A DNA stretch of 64,000 bases from Paraphysomonas bandaiensis (GCA_965644295.1 CBFFRP010000298.1:310001-374000); one strand, 5' to 3'; positions 1 to 14,690 are shown, counted from the first letter of the stretch. Notes: generated from the sequence alone by a model not told the origin. Made by a program: numbers and translations.

Positions 1-2829
1 CTATACTATCTTTGAAGGTATTTTGAGCCTCATTAGCTGGCTGTGTTGTTTCTTGATGGATTCTGTCATTGTCCGGTGCTTTAGCGAGTAATCCGATACG
101 TGATTTGAGTTTAGCTGCAAGAAAATGTAAATCCATAATAAATAATAATCACAACACAACAACGATATAGAGTGCTATAAAAGATATTGCCAGTAAGGCT
201 ACAATCCAGTGAGAGAGATATCTCGTGCAGAACACGAGCATTGTATAGTTATATACATATGACTCTATGTATATGTATGTATGTATCCATCTATATGTAC
301 ACATACATACATATACACATATCGGCACTATTCATACATACACAGTGCTGCTTAATAACTTCTTTTCGGGAAGAAGTGCGAATTCAAATATTTAGAGATG
401 AGGATATGCGTATATGAGGCCCCTATACTTGATACCTTTATGCCTGTATATGGTATACCCTATACACATATAGTACGTGTACTTTGTATAGTATGCTGCT
501 GTGAAGACAGGAGAAGTAGCCAATCAAAACATCGTTATACCAAGTGGAATGGGGAAAACGGCGTTACTGTTATTGTTGTAGCTACATAGATATGTATACG
601 TGTGTCGAACTTGATGATGTTGTATCACTGTCATGCTTGGATTGACTCTAACTTAAGCGACTCAGCAACATAAACTTGTTCAACTAAACTGTTTCACAAA
701 ACCTCAACAGAGTAACTACCACCGAGAATGTACTGGACTAGCTAAATGCTATGTATGGAGGCGTGTATGGAGTTTCAGTTAGCTGCCAAGGAATGGTTTC
801 ATTTGAATAAACCAACATTGTAAATGTCTATCATAACGCATTAGACTTTCGCAACATATGGAACGGTCATTGATATTTCTGGCGATAAGAATGGTTTGCT
901 ATTACAGCTTCAAATATATGTTGCTCTTTCTACCCACTTCCATTAGTTCCACATATTACGGCTTGAAAACTGCGACGCAGCGTTTTTGACTAGTATAGAA
1001 TTAATCTTCAATTAAAGTATCAATTCTAAAGACTTTATAAATGAATATTCAATGTACCTGCAGAAAACCCGGCTTTTAATATTGATATCACTGAGAATGT
1101 GATATCCTCTTGGCTTAATATTTTACTTTGTATGTACAGTCATTGTTTGTGTTTACGATCACATCAGTGCAAGTATATGTCTCGTAGGCTGTGTAACCCG
1201 CCTAACCTTCCGCAAACATAGTCTATAACTACCTATTACACATTCTAAGTTTCAGGGGGAAGTCGAAGTGGTAAACATTTGCTTCCATCTATCCGAATGT
1301 ATCAGACACACAATATAGCTATATAGTATGATATGCGTTAAATATACACAATATATCATACGTACCCTCATATCATGACTGTCATATTCTCCATGGAATA
1401 CGGTTGATTGGTGTTATGCCATTTCAGTAATTATCAAACATATATTTCTTCTCTGTGGTGATTTCAACAATTTTATACCTTTCAAATATTTTACTCCTCA
1501 TAGCCTTAATCCCCGCCATATATATATATATATATATATTCTTACTGCCTACTTCTGGATAGCTACTAGAGCCATCCTACTATCTCAGTAGACACAGATT
1601 TTTGTTGCTATCGCTGATATCAATGCTTATTTCTCTTATATAACGAACGCAAAGGTAGTGGATTCGCATGGACAATATGATGCACTCCAACTTGCCACGA
1701 ATTGCTTTTATGACACTTTCAGAAGAATACGGTAATGATTCTAGTAAGAAATATCTGAATCTAGTTATTCTCTATGGACACATACACCCAAAGACACGAA
1801 ATCGTGTACGCAAACGCACAAAGTGATCATATCATGAACCATATTATTATTGAACAGTCATATAGGATATAAAATGTAAAAACGGAAACCAGAAAAGTGA
1901 CAGAGTAGACATATAAATACGGACCGAGTGAGGAGACAGAATGAAATAGACAGCTACTTGCTAAGTGCCCTCACAACTAGCACCCGCGCCCCCTTATTCT
2001 TTTGGTTTTCCTTGGTGTTGTTATGCTTTTCCAGGGCGAAATCCGCGCTACATACTCACTGTTAATTCAGCAACACTTGACACATAGCTAATAACCTGTC
2101 AAACCGCTTCAAACGGCCTCGAAGGCACTCACTGCCAGAAGCAGCACATTGCTTCTTAGGACATACTTCAGGCATGTCGGGTGTGTTCATAGGTATCCAA
2201 TTACTTAAAAGGCGAGTAGGTTAATAGCTACGGCACTTGCCGATGACTCAGGAATGTGACAAGACTAAGAGAGCGTATGATATAATAAATTCGTTGAGTT
2301 TGTTCATAGTATGATAACATTGAAGCTGTAGATTGGATCATATAATCGTATGTGCGAGCTACTTAAATCCCCCTTACCATCATCATGCATATCTACACTA
2401 TTATACAGCAGTAGAATTATCCCAGAATTATATTCCACAAACTGAAAAACGGCACTATTTCTATCGAAGAGTGATAGAAAAACACATACATAGCAGCATC
2501 CCCCTACATGCATAAAGAAGTGTCCCTCCAACCTTCACATATTCACACCATATGAAACTGCATCTCGAAATACAGATGGTATTCCATTGGAATGAACGTG
2601 AAATACATATGAAATACATGCATATAATGCTATGGATTCTGTAGAAGGAGTAGGATACACGCAGTAATGCATATATTACAGCACAGTACTATAGAAAACA
2701 CCCACGTCGAGAGCACATAAGTGCAACACTATCACTATTGGTGTTATTATACTGACGTATCAGAGTACTTATTGATTAAGGATTCCAGTGTATTATCTCA
2801 TCTGTTAGGGTAATTGTATTATTGTTATA

Positions 2830-4521
2830 ATGCTGCATAAAATTCCAGTTTCGTTTATTAAACGTGGAGCACGATTAGGCTGCAGGTATGCATGGACTAT
2901 GACTCGAAACTCACATGGTCAACAAGAATCACATGCCAACAACAAAGCGGGGTTGGCTATTTCTCTTTCACTTGCCTTATTTGGGTTTTCTGCTGTACAT
3001 GCTGATAGTGAGGTTCTTCCAGACCATGTTTCCGATATACCTGCCAGTGCAAAACCTCTCACACGTACATTCATCAGCGATGCTGCTTCGATAATATCTC
3101 CTAGTGTTGTCAATATTGTTGCTCTGTCGAAAGGATTGATACCCACGGCCCAAGCTGGTTCAGGATTTATAATTTCAGAAGATGGTTTCGTTGTAACAAA
3201 TGCCCATGTCGTGGCTGCTGCGAAAGTTGGTGGACTAGTAGAGGTACAGTTCAATGGTTTGATTACCCAAAATTAGTCGGTATTGATATTAAATATTGTG
3301 TGCACCATGTCCAGCTACGTGTTATTGATACTTGTGTAGCTATTTATCAGGCAACTGCTAGGTGTACCCGTTTAATATAGTCCACATTATGTTTTTGCAG
3401 ATAACCCTTTCAGATATGAGAAAAGTGCAAGGTCGCGTCTTTGCTATGGACAAGCCATCCGACATTGCCATCGTCAAACTCGAGGGCGCGGGACGTCTTC
3501 CTGTAGCTAAGCTAGGCGTGTCAGGTACTCATTATATTTCCTTTGAGCAGTTGTATTTGATTATATATATATTACATATTATGATCTGACTACGGGAAAC
3601 ATACGCTGTAGTGTTTTATGATACTGTGGTGTTATTATGATATATATCAGGCAAGCTCAAGGCAGGTGAGTTCGTGGTCGCTGTGGGATCCCCTCTCCAG
3701 CTGCAGGACTCTGTGACGTTTGGGATAGTCAGCGCGCCGGCTAGGCACTGCAGTGAACTAGGCATCACAAAGCAAGGGTACGTACGCTCCTTTCTAGCTA
3801 ATGGTGGACTTGGAATTTATTTTTATCACTATCGATTATGATTGTATACTCTTGCTGTGTCATATTTTATGCGCTCTAATGACCGAGTAGTTTTCTCTGA
3901 CGGCATAGTGATATATTAAATAGGGTTGACTACATCCAAACTGATGCCGCAATCAATGTTGGAAATTCTGGAGGGCCATTGGTTAATCTGGATGGTGAAG
4001 TTATTGGGATAAACTGCATGAAAGCTCAAGGCTTTGATGGTGTATCTTTCGCGATTCCAATTGACAGCGCTTGGATAGTTATTACACAGCTAATGAAAAA
4101 TAAAAATGTCGTTCGACCATATGTGGGTATCCGCATGATCAACTTTGTCGAGAGTGCGGATGGTCGACACAAAAGAGACAGGGGACTCTTCTCCCATCGG
4201 GGGGACGCAAACTCATCGTCTTCTGTCCTCATCACGGATGTGACTCCTGGGTCTCCTGCAGCGAATGCTGGACTGGAGAGTGGTGATATTATCGTTGGGA
4301 TAGATGACAAGATAGTGAGGCATACGAAACATGTGCTTGATGCCATCGGTATGGACGTAGGCAAAACCGTTACGATGAGGGTTATTAAAGGGGGAAATCA
4401 AGTAAACGCTGATCGCGTACCTGTCTCCATCACGTTGACAACAGCTGGAGGAGACTCACACGGAAGCAGTAAACCATCACACGAGTATGGTCCTCCGAAA
4501 CCGAATAAGCGACACTACTAG
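2830..4521 (+). CDS. HtrA/DegP-family (HtrA2-like) serine protease with C-terminal PDZ domain, 4 exons (about 2830-3243, 3401-3524, 3651-3777, 3924-4521)
   Basis: Catalytic motifs [14 protein letters not shown] (His), SDIAIVKL (Asp) and [15 protein letters not shown] (Ser) join in frame across GT-AG introns. PDZ motif [18 protein letters not shown]. Basic N-terminal presequence-like region. Confidence 0.93.
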
Positions 4522-5681
4522 CAAATGATCGATTGAGGAACTTGCATTGTTGCTTGATTTAAATATCGTAGTGGCTGTCTGCCGTTACTTATTGTACAAT
4601 TCGTAGCTTAAATTGAGGCTGCTTTTTTGATACCATTGCGTAGAATAATTTCATTTTTACTACTGCTAACTAAATTTAATTTTACATTATACGCTACATA
4701 CTTTATATCTGAATGAATATTCACATAGAATATATGCAATTATGTTGAAGCTCGTTCCTTAGTTCATTTGGACAGGAACTCTAACTGGATTGTCGAGTGA
4801 ACTTATACTATTATTATATATTATATATTCTACATATATTACCATGGTAACCTATGTATCCAGGCCATATTTCCCTCTAGAGTACTATTTGTCTAGCACA
4901 CATACAAAGTCTGGACCCCCTCCCTCAGAATGCGCTGGGTTTCTTGTAATCATGCACCGACCATGCAACTGTGGTGTAGATCTTGCTTGGCACTACACGC
5001 AAAGGATACGCCCTCAGAATGAGGCAGAATTTGTTTATTACTACATGAGGTAAAAGCAATAGGAAAACCACAAGTACTAGACAACGAGGCTTTCATATGC
5101 TCTTCACCCCCGATAATAATAACAAATTCATATCTCTAGTGCATCGTTACCTAAAACATCGTTTTGAAGTGACTTATATGCCCACTATGCTTCTAATTCA
5201 ATTATCTGATAACCCTACTACTATAAGTGCGTGTGTGGGAAAGGATCCATAGTCAGAAGGATGCATAGATATACTAGATATCACCACCATCCTCCATATA
5301 TGCAATATACATGCATGATAGGTCCAGTTTTCTGTTCCAAAAAGGCAAAAACAGGAAAATATGGGGAAAAATGTATAAAAGTGTCTATTTCTAAAAACTG
5401 GTACACAAGAAACGTCACTATCAGTTCAAAGTATTATCCAATAATAATTAGACAAGGTCGTTTTCTTATTTTTGGTTGGTTCATTAGATTCTGTAACTTC
5501 GAATAAATGTTCCAGAAAATTAATATTCGAGTTGAAGACACGTGTCTAAAGTTGAAATATAATGAAGTGAATAAAAGTCGAAGTTCATTGCAAAGAGTCC
5601 ATAATTATAATCTGAAGAGTACGTGAATTGTGACATAGAAACACACGAGATAGTTCCTCATTATTTCATATATTACACATA

Positions 5682-7522
5682 ATGAAATTGACGGCAGTGT
5701 TTATATTATGTGCCACTTGTTTGGCATTACTGGTAGAAAATGTTATTGCTGGTGCTGATTATTATAAGATACTGTAAGTGTATGTCATCTTATGTCTTAT
5801 GGTGTAACATGTGTTTGTTTAATAGAGGTGTGAAGAAAACAGCAACTGAAAAAGAGCTCAAGAAAGCCTATAGGTGAGTGCATAAGACGGTTATCTTGCA
5901 TTGTTAAAAGCTGTTACAGGAAGATGGCACTGAAGTATCATCCAGATAAGCATGAAGAAAAAGATAAGGAGGTTAGTGATATGGTTATTATCATGTGATT
6001 GTAATCGTATTAATATATAAAGATATGTGTGGTAATAGTTGTTGTGTATTGTTCATATGAACTAGTCTTGCACATATTGTGATTGAGTATAGGTTGTTAT
6101 GGTATTGTCGTGTTTTTCTGTAGATGGGATGTGAATATTATTCTTTGTTTTGTCAGTAAATACCTTTCGCCTTATTAAAGTCTTGTGTAATTGTTGCCCT
6201 ACCTTCAGAAAGCTACCAAGAAGTTTGAACAGGTTGCAGAGGCGTACGAGGTTTTATCTGATCCTGAGAAACGTCGTATCTATGACCAAGTAGGAGAAGA
6301 GGGCCTCAAAAATGGTGGCGCACCAGGAGGGCAGCAACCGGGGGAGGGTTTCACTGGTGACTTCAACAGTGGTTCTTTCTCTGGTCACTCTGGACAAGGC
6401 TTCCATTTCCATGCCTCTGACCCGTTCGAAATGTTCTCTCAATTCTTCGGTGGTGCAGCGGGTGCAGGTGGAGCACCTGGTATGCAGTTCTCATTTGGTG
6501 ATGGAGGAATGGGTGGTATGGGAGGAATGGGCGGTATGGGAGGCCAGCAGATGCAGACAAAAGACATATATAACCCTAAAACAGACAATGTTTTCCCCTT
6601 ATCAGCATCTAAATTTCCGAAAGCTGATTCTCGTCATGTGTGGTTGCTTCAGTATTATAACCCTTCGGATCCTACCTGTCAGGCATCTTCTGAAGGATAT
6701 ATTAAGTTAGCTCAGAAGCTGAAGGCCCAGGGAGTTAAAACCGGATCCATGAACTGTGCCAAGCATGCAAGTAAATGCAAGGAAATGGGAGTGTCTTCAT
6801 ACCCTACTTACCACCTCATCTATCAGGGAAAGACAATCCCATATGAGTCTACTGCTGTTGTTGTTCCTCCCAGTGCTTTATACACGTTTGTTTCCTCGGA
6901 ATTACCTTCTCTGGTTGCCAACATCCGCACGTTAAGTCAGATCGAGGAACTCATGGCCTCATCATTATCAAGCCCCAAGAGTAAATCCAGTCGCAAAGGA
7001 AAGACAGATTCGAACAGCTTTAATGGTGCAAGTTTGGTCCTCTGGACAGCAAAGTATGAAACGCCATTGATGCTGAAATCTCTTGCTGTGGGTTATCGCG
7101 ACATGCTTAAGGTAGCGGAGGTACGGGGTGGAAACAAAGAACTTGCATCGCATTTCGGTGTCACAGATTTCCCCGTGCTTATGATGTTGTGTGGTGGAGA
7201 GGACAAGGATGCATACGAAGTGTTCAACGGCGACATGAAGGACTATAAAGAAATAGCTAGCTTCATTGACACTTTTAAATCTAAAAGTAAATGTAAAAAC
7301 ATCAAGAAAGATTTAATTAAAAGACGGAATGATAGAAGAGCAGAAGCACAAAAAACCATTCGAAAACTGAAAGAGAGTGAGCTCAGAAAGAAGAAGGTGT
7401 CTGAATTGAAGTCTCTCGCGTCTGACCTGGGAGTTTTGCAAGACCTGTCGAACGAAATCCTTGAGAAAAAAGATTTAGTTGATGCGATTTTACATTCACG
7501 GCAATATTTTTCTGAGTTATGA
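5682..7522 (+). CDS. Secretory-pathway DnaJ co-chaperone (signal peptide, J domain, G/F region, thioredoxin-like folds; ERdj3A-like)
   Basis: Spliced N-terminus MKLTAVFILCATCLALLVENVIAGADYYKIL|GVKKTATEKELKKAYR|KMALKYHPDKH contains the HPD motif, followed by AEAYEVLSDPEKRRIYD and GGM repeats. The C-terminus ends FSEL, resembling an ER retention signal. Confidence 0.9.
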
Positions 7523-8765
7523 GTGTATAGAACTTAGTCTATGTAATTATATATTAGTCTACTGTTTATGTAAGTAAATCATTCTTATATCATGAAGTGC
7601 ACTTATAGTTTTTCAAGGGGCATTGTGGTGCTTGGTGCTTGGATATATATCTTAATTTGGTATCAGTGCACTGGCTACTCATTTAGCAGCGGCATCGAAA
7701 TTCAGCTTCTTACATCAACGTAATCATTCATTATACATTCTTCTAAGCTTATGTTATACCACCTAAAAATTGAAATGATCCTCAAAGTAATAGATCATTG
7801 ATGATTATCAGGATAAAGTAATGTTTCCTAGCCCTGGTGAAAGCTCATAGTTATGGATACAAAGTATAAACGTCGCATTTACTCCGAGCAAAGTATATTT
7901 GAGTTGTCGTGAACAAGTTAACTTTTTCTTAGTATATATTATGCCGAAATTGAGGGGTAGATAAGTGTATCCAACGTCTTAATACTGATAGTCATTTACA
8001 ACGGCCAACAATATAATTCAATATAATGTGAGATACCGAAACAGTAACAGTAATAATGGAATTTTCGTTCCGTCCATCAGTCAACATATTGAACAATATA
8101 CATCAACTTAATGTATTGTTCCCTAGTCCTGGTTTCCCCAGTGTAGAAACTGTAATTTAGTTCGTAGCTAGAAAACGTCAACTATGATGAAGTAGCCACA
8201 CTTACGGTGTCTCAAACCGATATTCGCAAATAAATGCTCAATAAGCGCACACATCTTTGCCTCAAGATATCTCATCTGTGCGCCCTCATCACCTACCCGC
8301 TTCAGCACATGGAATCTTTCCTGTAGAAATCATCTGGAAATACTTACGGCATGACTGACTCTGCAGTGATTCCTGTAGACAGGATTTTACAATAGATGAG
8401 AACTGGATATGTATGATGGAGCCAGAGAAGGACTGCTGAGATATCTTTACAGCTATAGAAGTCTTGAATTTCTTACATGTAGCTACAGACTCGGCACGCA
8501 ATCATTTCAGTATGATTTTTAGGTAATCCTATCAATATCCTTATTTTGCGTTTCAAAAACCAGGCTTTTATTACACATTTCTGGGATTTCCCTTTTTTTC
8601 TTCTTAAAATATGGATAATTGATTATATAACAATGCCTCATAATTTAATGAATATATGAGAGTTATGTGAGCAGATCACTCTACTAGGATACAATACAAG
8701 TAACACATCTGAGCGTGCTCTCTGCACTTTCCCACACATCTGACCTTTCCTAATACCCATTCTTC

Positions 8766-11567
8766 ATGTTAATTATTCCTCTAACTCTCTATCTCCTTGC
8801 AATCATATGTATATCGGCTGCAGCAGTTGATGATCCCAATAAACCCTCTATAGACTCATTCTCAGCCTCATGTGACACCTCTTCCTACTCCTTCACTGCT
8901 CCACCATCCATTCTCCCCTCCCGGAAGTCCCCTTCAGTGCTTGAGAAGGATATAAAGCAGTGGTATGATGTGGGCATGAGAGACTGCCAGGCTTATTATG
9001 CAGATAACAAAAACGATCTATTAAAAGAAAAGACAAGTGATGCCGTATCAGTCATCCCCACTACACGAATTAACACGTGCAGAGGTAATGCGCTTATGAT
9101 GCAGTCAACCGGGCTGTTGGTGTGGCCGTTTGGCCCTTCTCTCTCTGCATGTCCAACTCATAGCAAGTGTTGGGTTGGACTTTTGACATGCGGCAATTTC
9201 AATCCTTCCAAAATAAGTGAGGTATGTTAGTTGGCTTGTTTTGACCTACATATTCCGTTGTTATCTTGGGGACTAATTGACTGCATTATGACTTTCGTGT
9301 TTGTACATACGTTTTATTTGCACTACTTTCGAATAATATTTCGTGCATATAATTTTAACATTTAACACCAGACAGTTGCCGCGTATGCAAAAATGGAGAA
9401 GGAAAAATCAATCCCTAAATTCCCAAGTCTTCATAATTGGACGATGCGGTCATTACACGTGGATGTACGAGTTGTTGGTTATGAGAGTGTTGCCCCCCAG
9501 CCCACCTTGGTGACTTTTTCTGATAATACAGAAGTAATTATATACGATTTCATGCTCACACTTCCGGGTACTTACACGATGGAAATGCGTCTACAAAGTA
9601 CGTAACGCAACAACGTGGAGCGTATTTGAGTAGGTTAACATTTGCTGCAGCTCTGTACCCTGCCACAATGTATCCCTGGTCAGATAAACATCTGGAAGAC
9701 GACGTGGAGTCTATTTACAATATTTTCCTAGGTATATCATTCTTAAATATTTGCTTATTGTCACGTTTTAGCCATTGAACTCTATTTATATATTGCTTCC
9801 TCCATATCATATGCTGCTAACGAATTACGTATTTGGATGGATGCAGGTGGAAGCGAACCTCGGTGTCCACCATATGCCAACTGTGGTGGGAACGATATCC
9901 CAGCATGTGATAAGAAATCTTTTATCATAGGATCTCCCTTTACAGTGACCTCCACGTATGCTGGAAATCGCTGTAAATTTCATAATAAAGACCCCCTTCC
10001 CTATTGCACTGGTGGGGCGAATCCAGGTCGCTGGCTCAGGTTGTCAGATAAATTATATAATGCCTGTGGCACGAATGTATATTTTGAAAAACTAGTGAAG
10101 GAGAAAGAAAGACAGAAAGGGAAGAGACAGGATTTCAGGTGTGTGGTTTCATTTGATCACGACCCTTTGACACAGTGGGAATAAGTGTACTTGTGATGTG
10201 ATGTTTCATATTTCGTGCTCTTGTTCGTCGTGTGTAACCATTGTGGTGCTGTATCAGTAAGTACGAAGCCGTGGTAGCAGCGTATTATAAATACACCGAA
10301 GGCTTGGATATGAAGAAAATTCGTAGTGTTGCTCTCTCAGGGTTGCCTGATGGTCAACCGAAAACTGACGAAGAGTATTATTTACAGGAATTGTCAAGGT
10401 GATTCATTTAGAGAACCTGTCATGTTCATTTTTTGTGTCAGTATACTGTGCAACCAACGAAGTTTTTTGTTTATACGACTCAATTAATGATGTAGATATG
10501 TTAACGGAAATTTATGTCGTCTGGGTCATCTTGAACCCCGAGAAAGCCCGCTGGATAAAAATTTTGAAATTTTTGCACCTTATAACTGCAAGTATCATAT
10601 ATACTCCCGCAAAGAGGTGAGGATATGAGTGCAATGCATTATGCAGAAGAAAGGTTTTAATGCTTAATACAGAGCTTGAAATGCCTCGCCGACGCTGGTA
10701 TGAGTTCAGTGGTATTTCATGGCGACTCGATGAGTAGAAATATATTTGGAACATTAATAAATAACATCGGCCTCTCTTCGATTTCCCCCGAGCAGCTTAA
10801 AGAAGTGCTCAATAGTGTGAATTCAACGGTTCGTGTACCACGTTATTGGAATTATTTATATGCGCTAAAGAATGGTCTATTTGTTTAAATATGTGGCTAT
10901 TGAATTATATTGAGTTTTGTTTTAGAATATTATGGAGGCTTCACGAGGCGGCCTTCAGTTTACTGAGTTGTACACTTGGAAAGGAGATGACGACTCTATA
11001 CTGAAGGTGGAATGTACAATATGGCTAGGAATATATTTATGATTTTGTTTTCTGTAGCTGAAAGAAAGGGAAGCATTTCCTACTGGGTATGTTGTTAATT
11101 TTGCTCTGGCACACTCCATCCGGCGTATCCCTTCGATGTTCAATTATACTCTCAATCAGTCTCCAGTGGTAAAGTTTTGGTCCCAATTGCACAAACAAAA
11201 CGGCGATAGCAAGGTATTAGGTTGTATAGCAGCGTATCTTGTGTTATTGTGGCTGCCATTATATTGTTTCGTGGCATATTTCGTTTTTCTTTTCAACAAT
11301 CTTTTTTCTTAGATACGCCGGATATTACAGTCATGTAGTTCGATGCACGGCAAGCGCAATCCAGGTTATGTTTGGAACCATGATTTATTCCGCCGTGAAA
11401 ATCAGCTGTTGAGAGACGTATTCGTAGAGAGATTAGGTTTCATGGACTTTGATGAGTGGATTATAACAGCGGCCAAGCCGACACATACTGATGGTTGGCA
11501 TTATAATGGGCCGCCACGAAATATGGCCGCAGTTATACTACTCAACATGCTATGTGAGAAAAAATAG
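8766..11567 (+). CDS. Multi-exon secreted protein with C-terminal SGNH/GDSL-like (NXPE/PC-esterase-type) domain
   Basis: Signal peptide in ORF 8766. Chain of GT-AG-bounded exons. Motifs VVFHGDSMSRNIF (GDS nucleophile) and DGWHY (DxxH). PGRWL and PGTYTMEMRL segments are typical of NXPE-like proteins. Confidence 0.7.
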
Positions 11568-12524
11568 TAATAGTTTTATCATTTATATTTCGTAGGTATT
11601 GTTAGTCATTTCGGGGAAACTGAAAGTAATGTGTAAGAGGTAACTCTTTTGCGGCTTTTAGCACTTTAGCAGCTCTATTATCATGCGAATCTGTCTAGTT
11701 TCGATGAAACTTTTACTTCTTTAATAAAATACTTCCAAAATTATATCATTGGCATCATTAGTCGTGCGTGATAAATACCGTTTCGATTTTTAAAAATAAA
11801 TCACCAGATTTGTTTAGCTTTCTTAAAGCGGCCACTCTGTTGTGTGCAGTTAGAAGCTGTACTTTAATAATAATTATCGTTGAGGAAGAATACAGCAGTT
11901 GAAAACAGCATTATATGTGTAAACGTTTGACAGTTTTGAGTTTTGAGTAGATATAGCCTCTACTTTAATGTAATTATTAGTGTATGCATATGGCTAATTC
12001 ATAGCATATTGTAATAGTATTATTGTAAGAAAGTAGTGCCTTACAATAACACCAGCAGTCAACAATACTAGTGCAATATATTAGTTTCATAAATCAGCAG
12101 CTAAATACATACGTTTATTCTATATTACTTAACTTCACATATATAATAATCACACAAACTACACATTATACCATTATACTTCCAAACAATGTCTACCTAC
12201 ACCTTTTTTTCTAAAATGACAACTTTATTCACACTCATCTTCAAGCCATAATACGTTGATTTCATCACTACGTTAATTCTATATATAAACGCATCTGCAG
12301 GCCATTTACTTTAGCTCAGTGAATACTGCCTGTATTGAGGATGCATTCAGAATTCAGATGTACTGCCATTTCATGAAAATTTATACAGAGGTCAGGCCTT
12401 TCAATTGTGAATAGTTGATGCTTTTTATCATTAGATAAAAGCTAATCTCTGCGCATGTGATCTCAAAGATGAGTACAAAATGTACGTATATATTTATTTG
12501 CTGATTAGCGATACCTACATATAT

Positions 12525-13128
12525 CAGGGCAGCGTATACTTGTCAATTAGTTGACGCAGGTTGTAGTTAATTATAATTATTATTGCAACTATTTCGTACT
12601 AAACTACATTAGCTGCCAATATAATACACCTCAACTGTCACTTCATTCCAGAGGCGACGGTTCGTGCGTAATAACATTCTAATACTCTTGCGCATATCAG
12701 TCATATAACAATCTTAGCTCTACTGAGCATCATTTTTTTCATCCCCATCGAGCAATAATATTATTTTAATGTTCCTTGCTCTACGTCCACCCATCAACTT
12801 TTACACTGAAATGCATTGAAAGCATTGCAACCTTTCTGCTATTATCATTTATTTTCTCAAAAAGAACACTCGTGCATTGACTTCTGGAACCAGGTTATCG
12901 CTCATATCGCCAATTATTTAAATGGAATATTATATTACAAATCTTTTAGTGTTTTTATCAATCTTCATTTTATAGTAAAAATTGGATTTTCGCAATAAAA
13001 AATGTCATTTTTCCTACAGTATCGAGAGGTAGTATTTTAATTAATCGAAGCGAGCTGGAATAAGTTATAGTTTGATGTCCCAATTTCAATTATTGCAATT
13101 TCAATAATTGAATTGATATACAGCCCTG
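12525..13128. mobile_element. Non-autonomous hAT-type DNA transposon
   Basis: Ends CAGGGCAGCGTAT... and ...AATTGATATACAGCCCTG are imperfect TIRs. Flanking 8-mers ACATATAT / ATATATAT differ by 1 base. Internal segments recur at about 35895-35950 and (inverted) 36130-36178. Confidence 0.7.
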
Positions 13129-13435
13129 ATATATATTGCAATACTATATTTGCATTGAGAGTTCTCTACTATTTAGCCCTTTGAAGGTTGAAACAATGTT
13201 TGTGCGATATGACAAGTAAATATGTAATATGTACATATGTACCCGTCCCCAATAGAATTGTTGGTCGTGCTAGTAAACTAGAAATCTTCACTATCATTAG
13301 TACACTAGAATTAGAAATCCTTAGTTATAATGGTATCAATAAATCAGAGCGACTGGTATAACTGGAAACATTGCAAGCCTAGGTTTCATGGAACCAGGCT
13401 GCAGATGAATACCAACATGGAACTGAGTCAACCAA

Positions 13436-14346
13436 CTACGCAACTTCCCCGGATTCCGTGATGCGAACTTCCTTAGAAGGGGCCCCTGACCTCGATCCAA
13501 CAGCTTCAATAGCCTGATAAGTAGCAAACAATTACAACGTTCGATGCGCATAATAATTGCAAACCTTCACGACATCGAACCCTTCGAGCACTTTACCAAA
13601 AACAACATGCTGCGACAATGTTGTAAGAGTTTATACGTCAATATACATATTGCATCACCTTGCCGTCAAGCCAAGGGGTTTTCACGGTAGTGATAAAAAA
13701 TTGAGATCCCTGAGTGTTAGGACCAGCTGTTTCATATCATATATCAGAAGCAATAACAAATTAAAATTAAGAATGACCATTCGCCATGCTCAAGTAGCCG
13801 GGAGCAGTGTGCTTAACTTTAAAGTTTTCGTCGTCGAACTTGCCGCCGTAGATACTTTCACCTCCAACACCAGTACCATGGGTGAAGTCTCCACCCTTTG
13901 CAAACTTGACATCTTATATACAACATCTAGAAAACATACCTGGATCATGAAATCAGGGATAACACGATGAAACTTGCTTCCCTCGAAGTGTAATGGCTTT
14001 CCATAAGTTTTACCGGTTCCTATATTGCAATAGATATAAATATATGCAGTACACATTCATTGCTGAGTGTTACCCTTCTCGCCAGTGCACAAAGCTCTGA
14101 AGTTCTCAGCGGTCCGTGGTACGGTCTCTCCAAAGAGACCCATAACAATACGTCCTGCAGGTTGTCCACCAATAGTGACATCGAAGTATACCTGTGATAG
14201 ACAGTAATGCTGCTGCTGTCATATACATACATACATACCTTATCAGTTACTTTCTCCAGATCCTTCTTCTTCTTGGCGGCATCGGCACCGAGCCAGAGAA
14301 CAGAGAGACAGCAAACCAAGGCGGCGATATGTGTGAGTTTCAACAT
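13436..14346 (-). CDS. Cyclophilin-type peptidyl-prolyl isomerase with signal peptide (CypB-like), multi-exon
   Basis: [23 protein letters not shown] signal, then [35 protein letters not shown]|[26 protein letters not shown]|KHVVFGKV. Stop TAG at 13436-13438. Confidence 0.95.
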
Positions 14347-14395
14347 GGTGTACACTACCCAAATTATGAATGCAATTGACAACACCACACAACAA

Positions 14396-14690
14396 ACATA
14401 CATACATACATACATACATACATACATACATACATACATACATACATACATACATACATACATACATACATACATACATACATACATACATACATACATA
14501 CATACATACATACATACATACATACATACATACATAACATACATACATACATACATACACACATGCATACATACATACATACATACATACATACATACAT
14601 ACATACATACATACATACATACATACATACATACATACATACATACATACATACATACATACATACATACATACATACATACATACATAC
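14396..14690. repeat. (TACA)n tetranucleotide microsatellite, about 295 bp, two small interruptions
   Basis: Direct reading; it is the source of the spurious MYVC/YIHT ORFs. Confidence 0.99.

Noticed and set aside
1-241. Possible 5' exons of a minus-strand gene running off the window
   Set aside because: An acceptor-like TTGCAG and an open frame exist at 114-1, but I could not join an upstream exon in phase or recognise a product.
1975-2190. Possible small two-exon minus-strand gene (MNTPDMPEVC...)
   Set aside because: About 58 aa with no recognisable motif and insufficient support.
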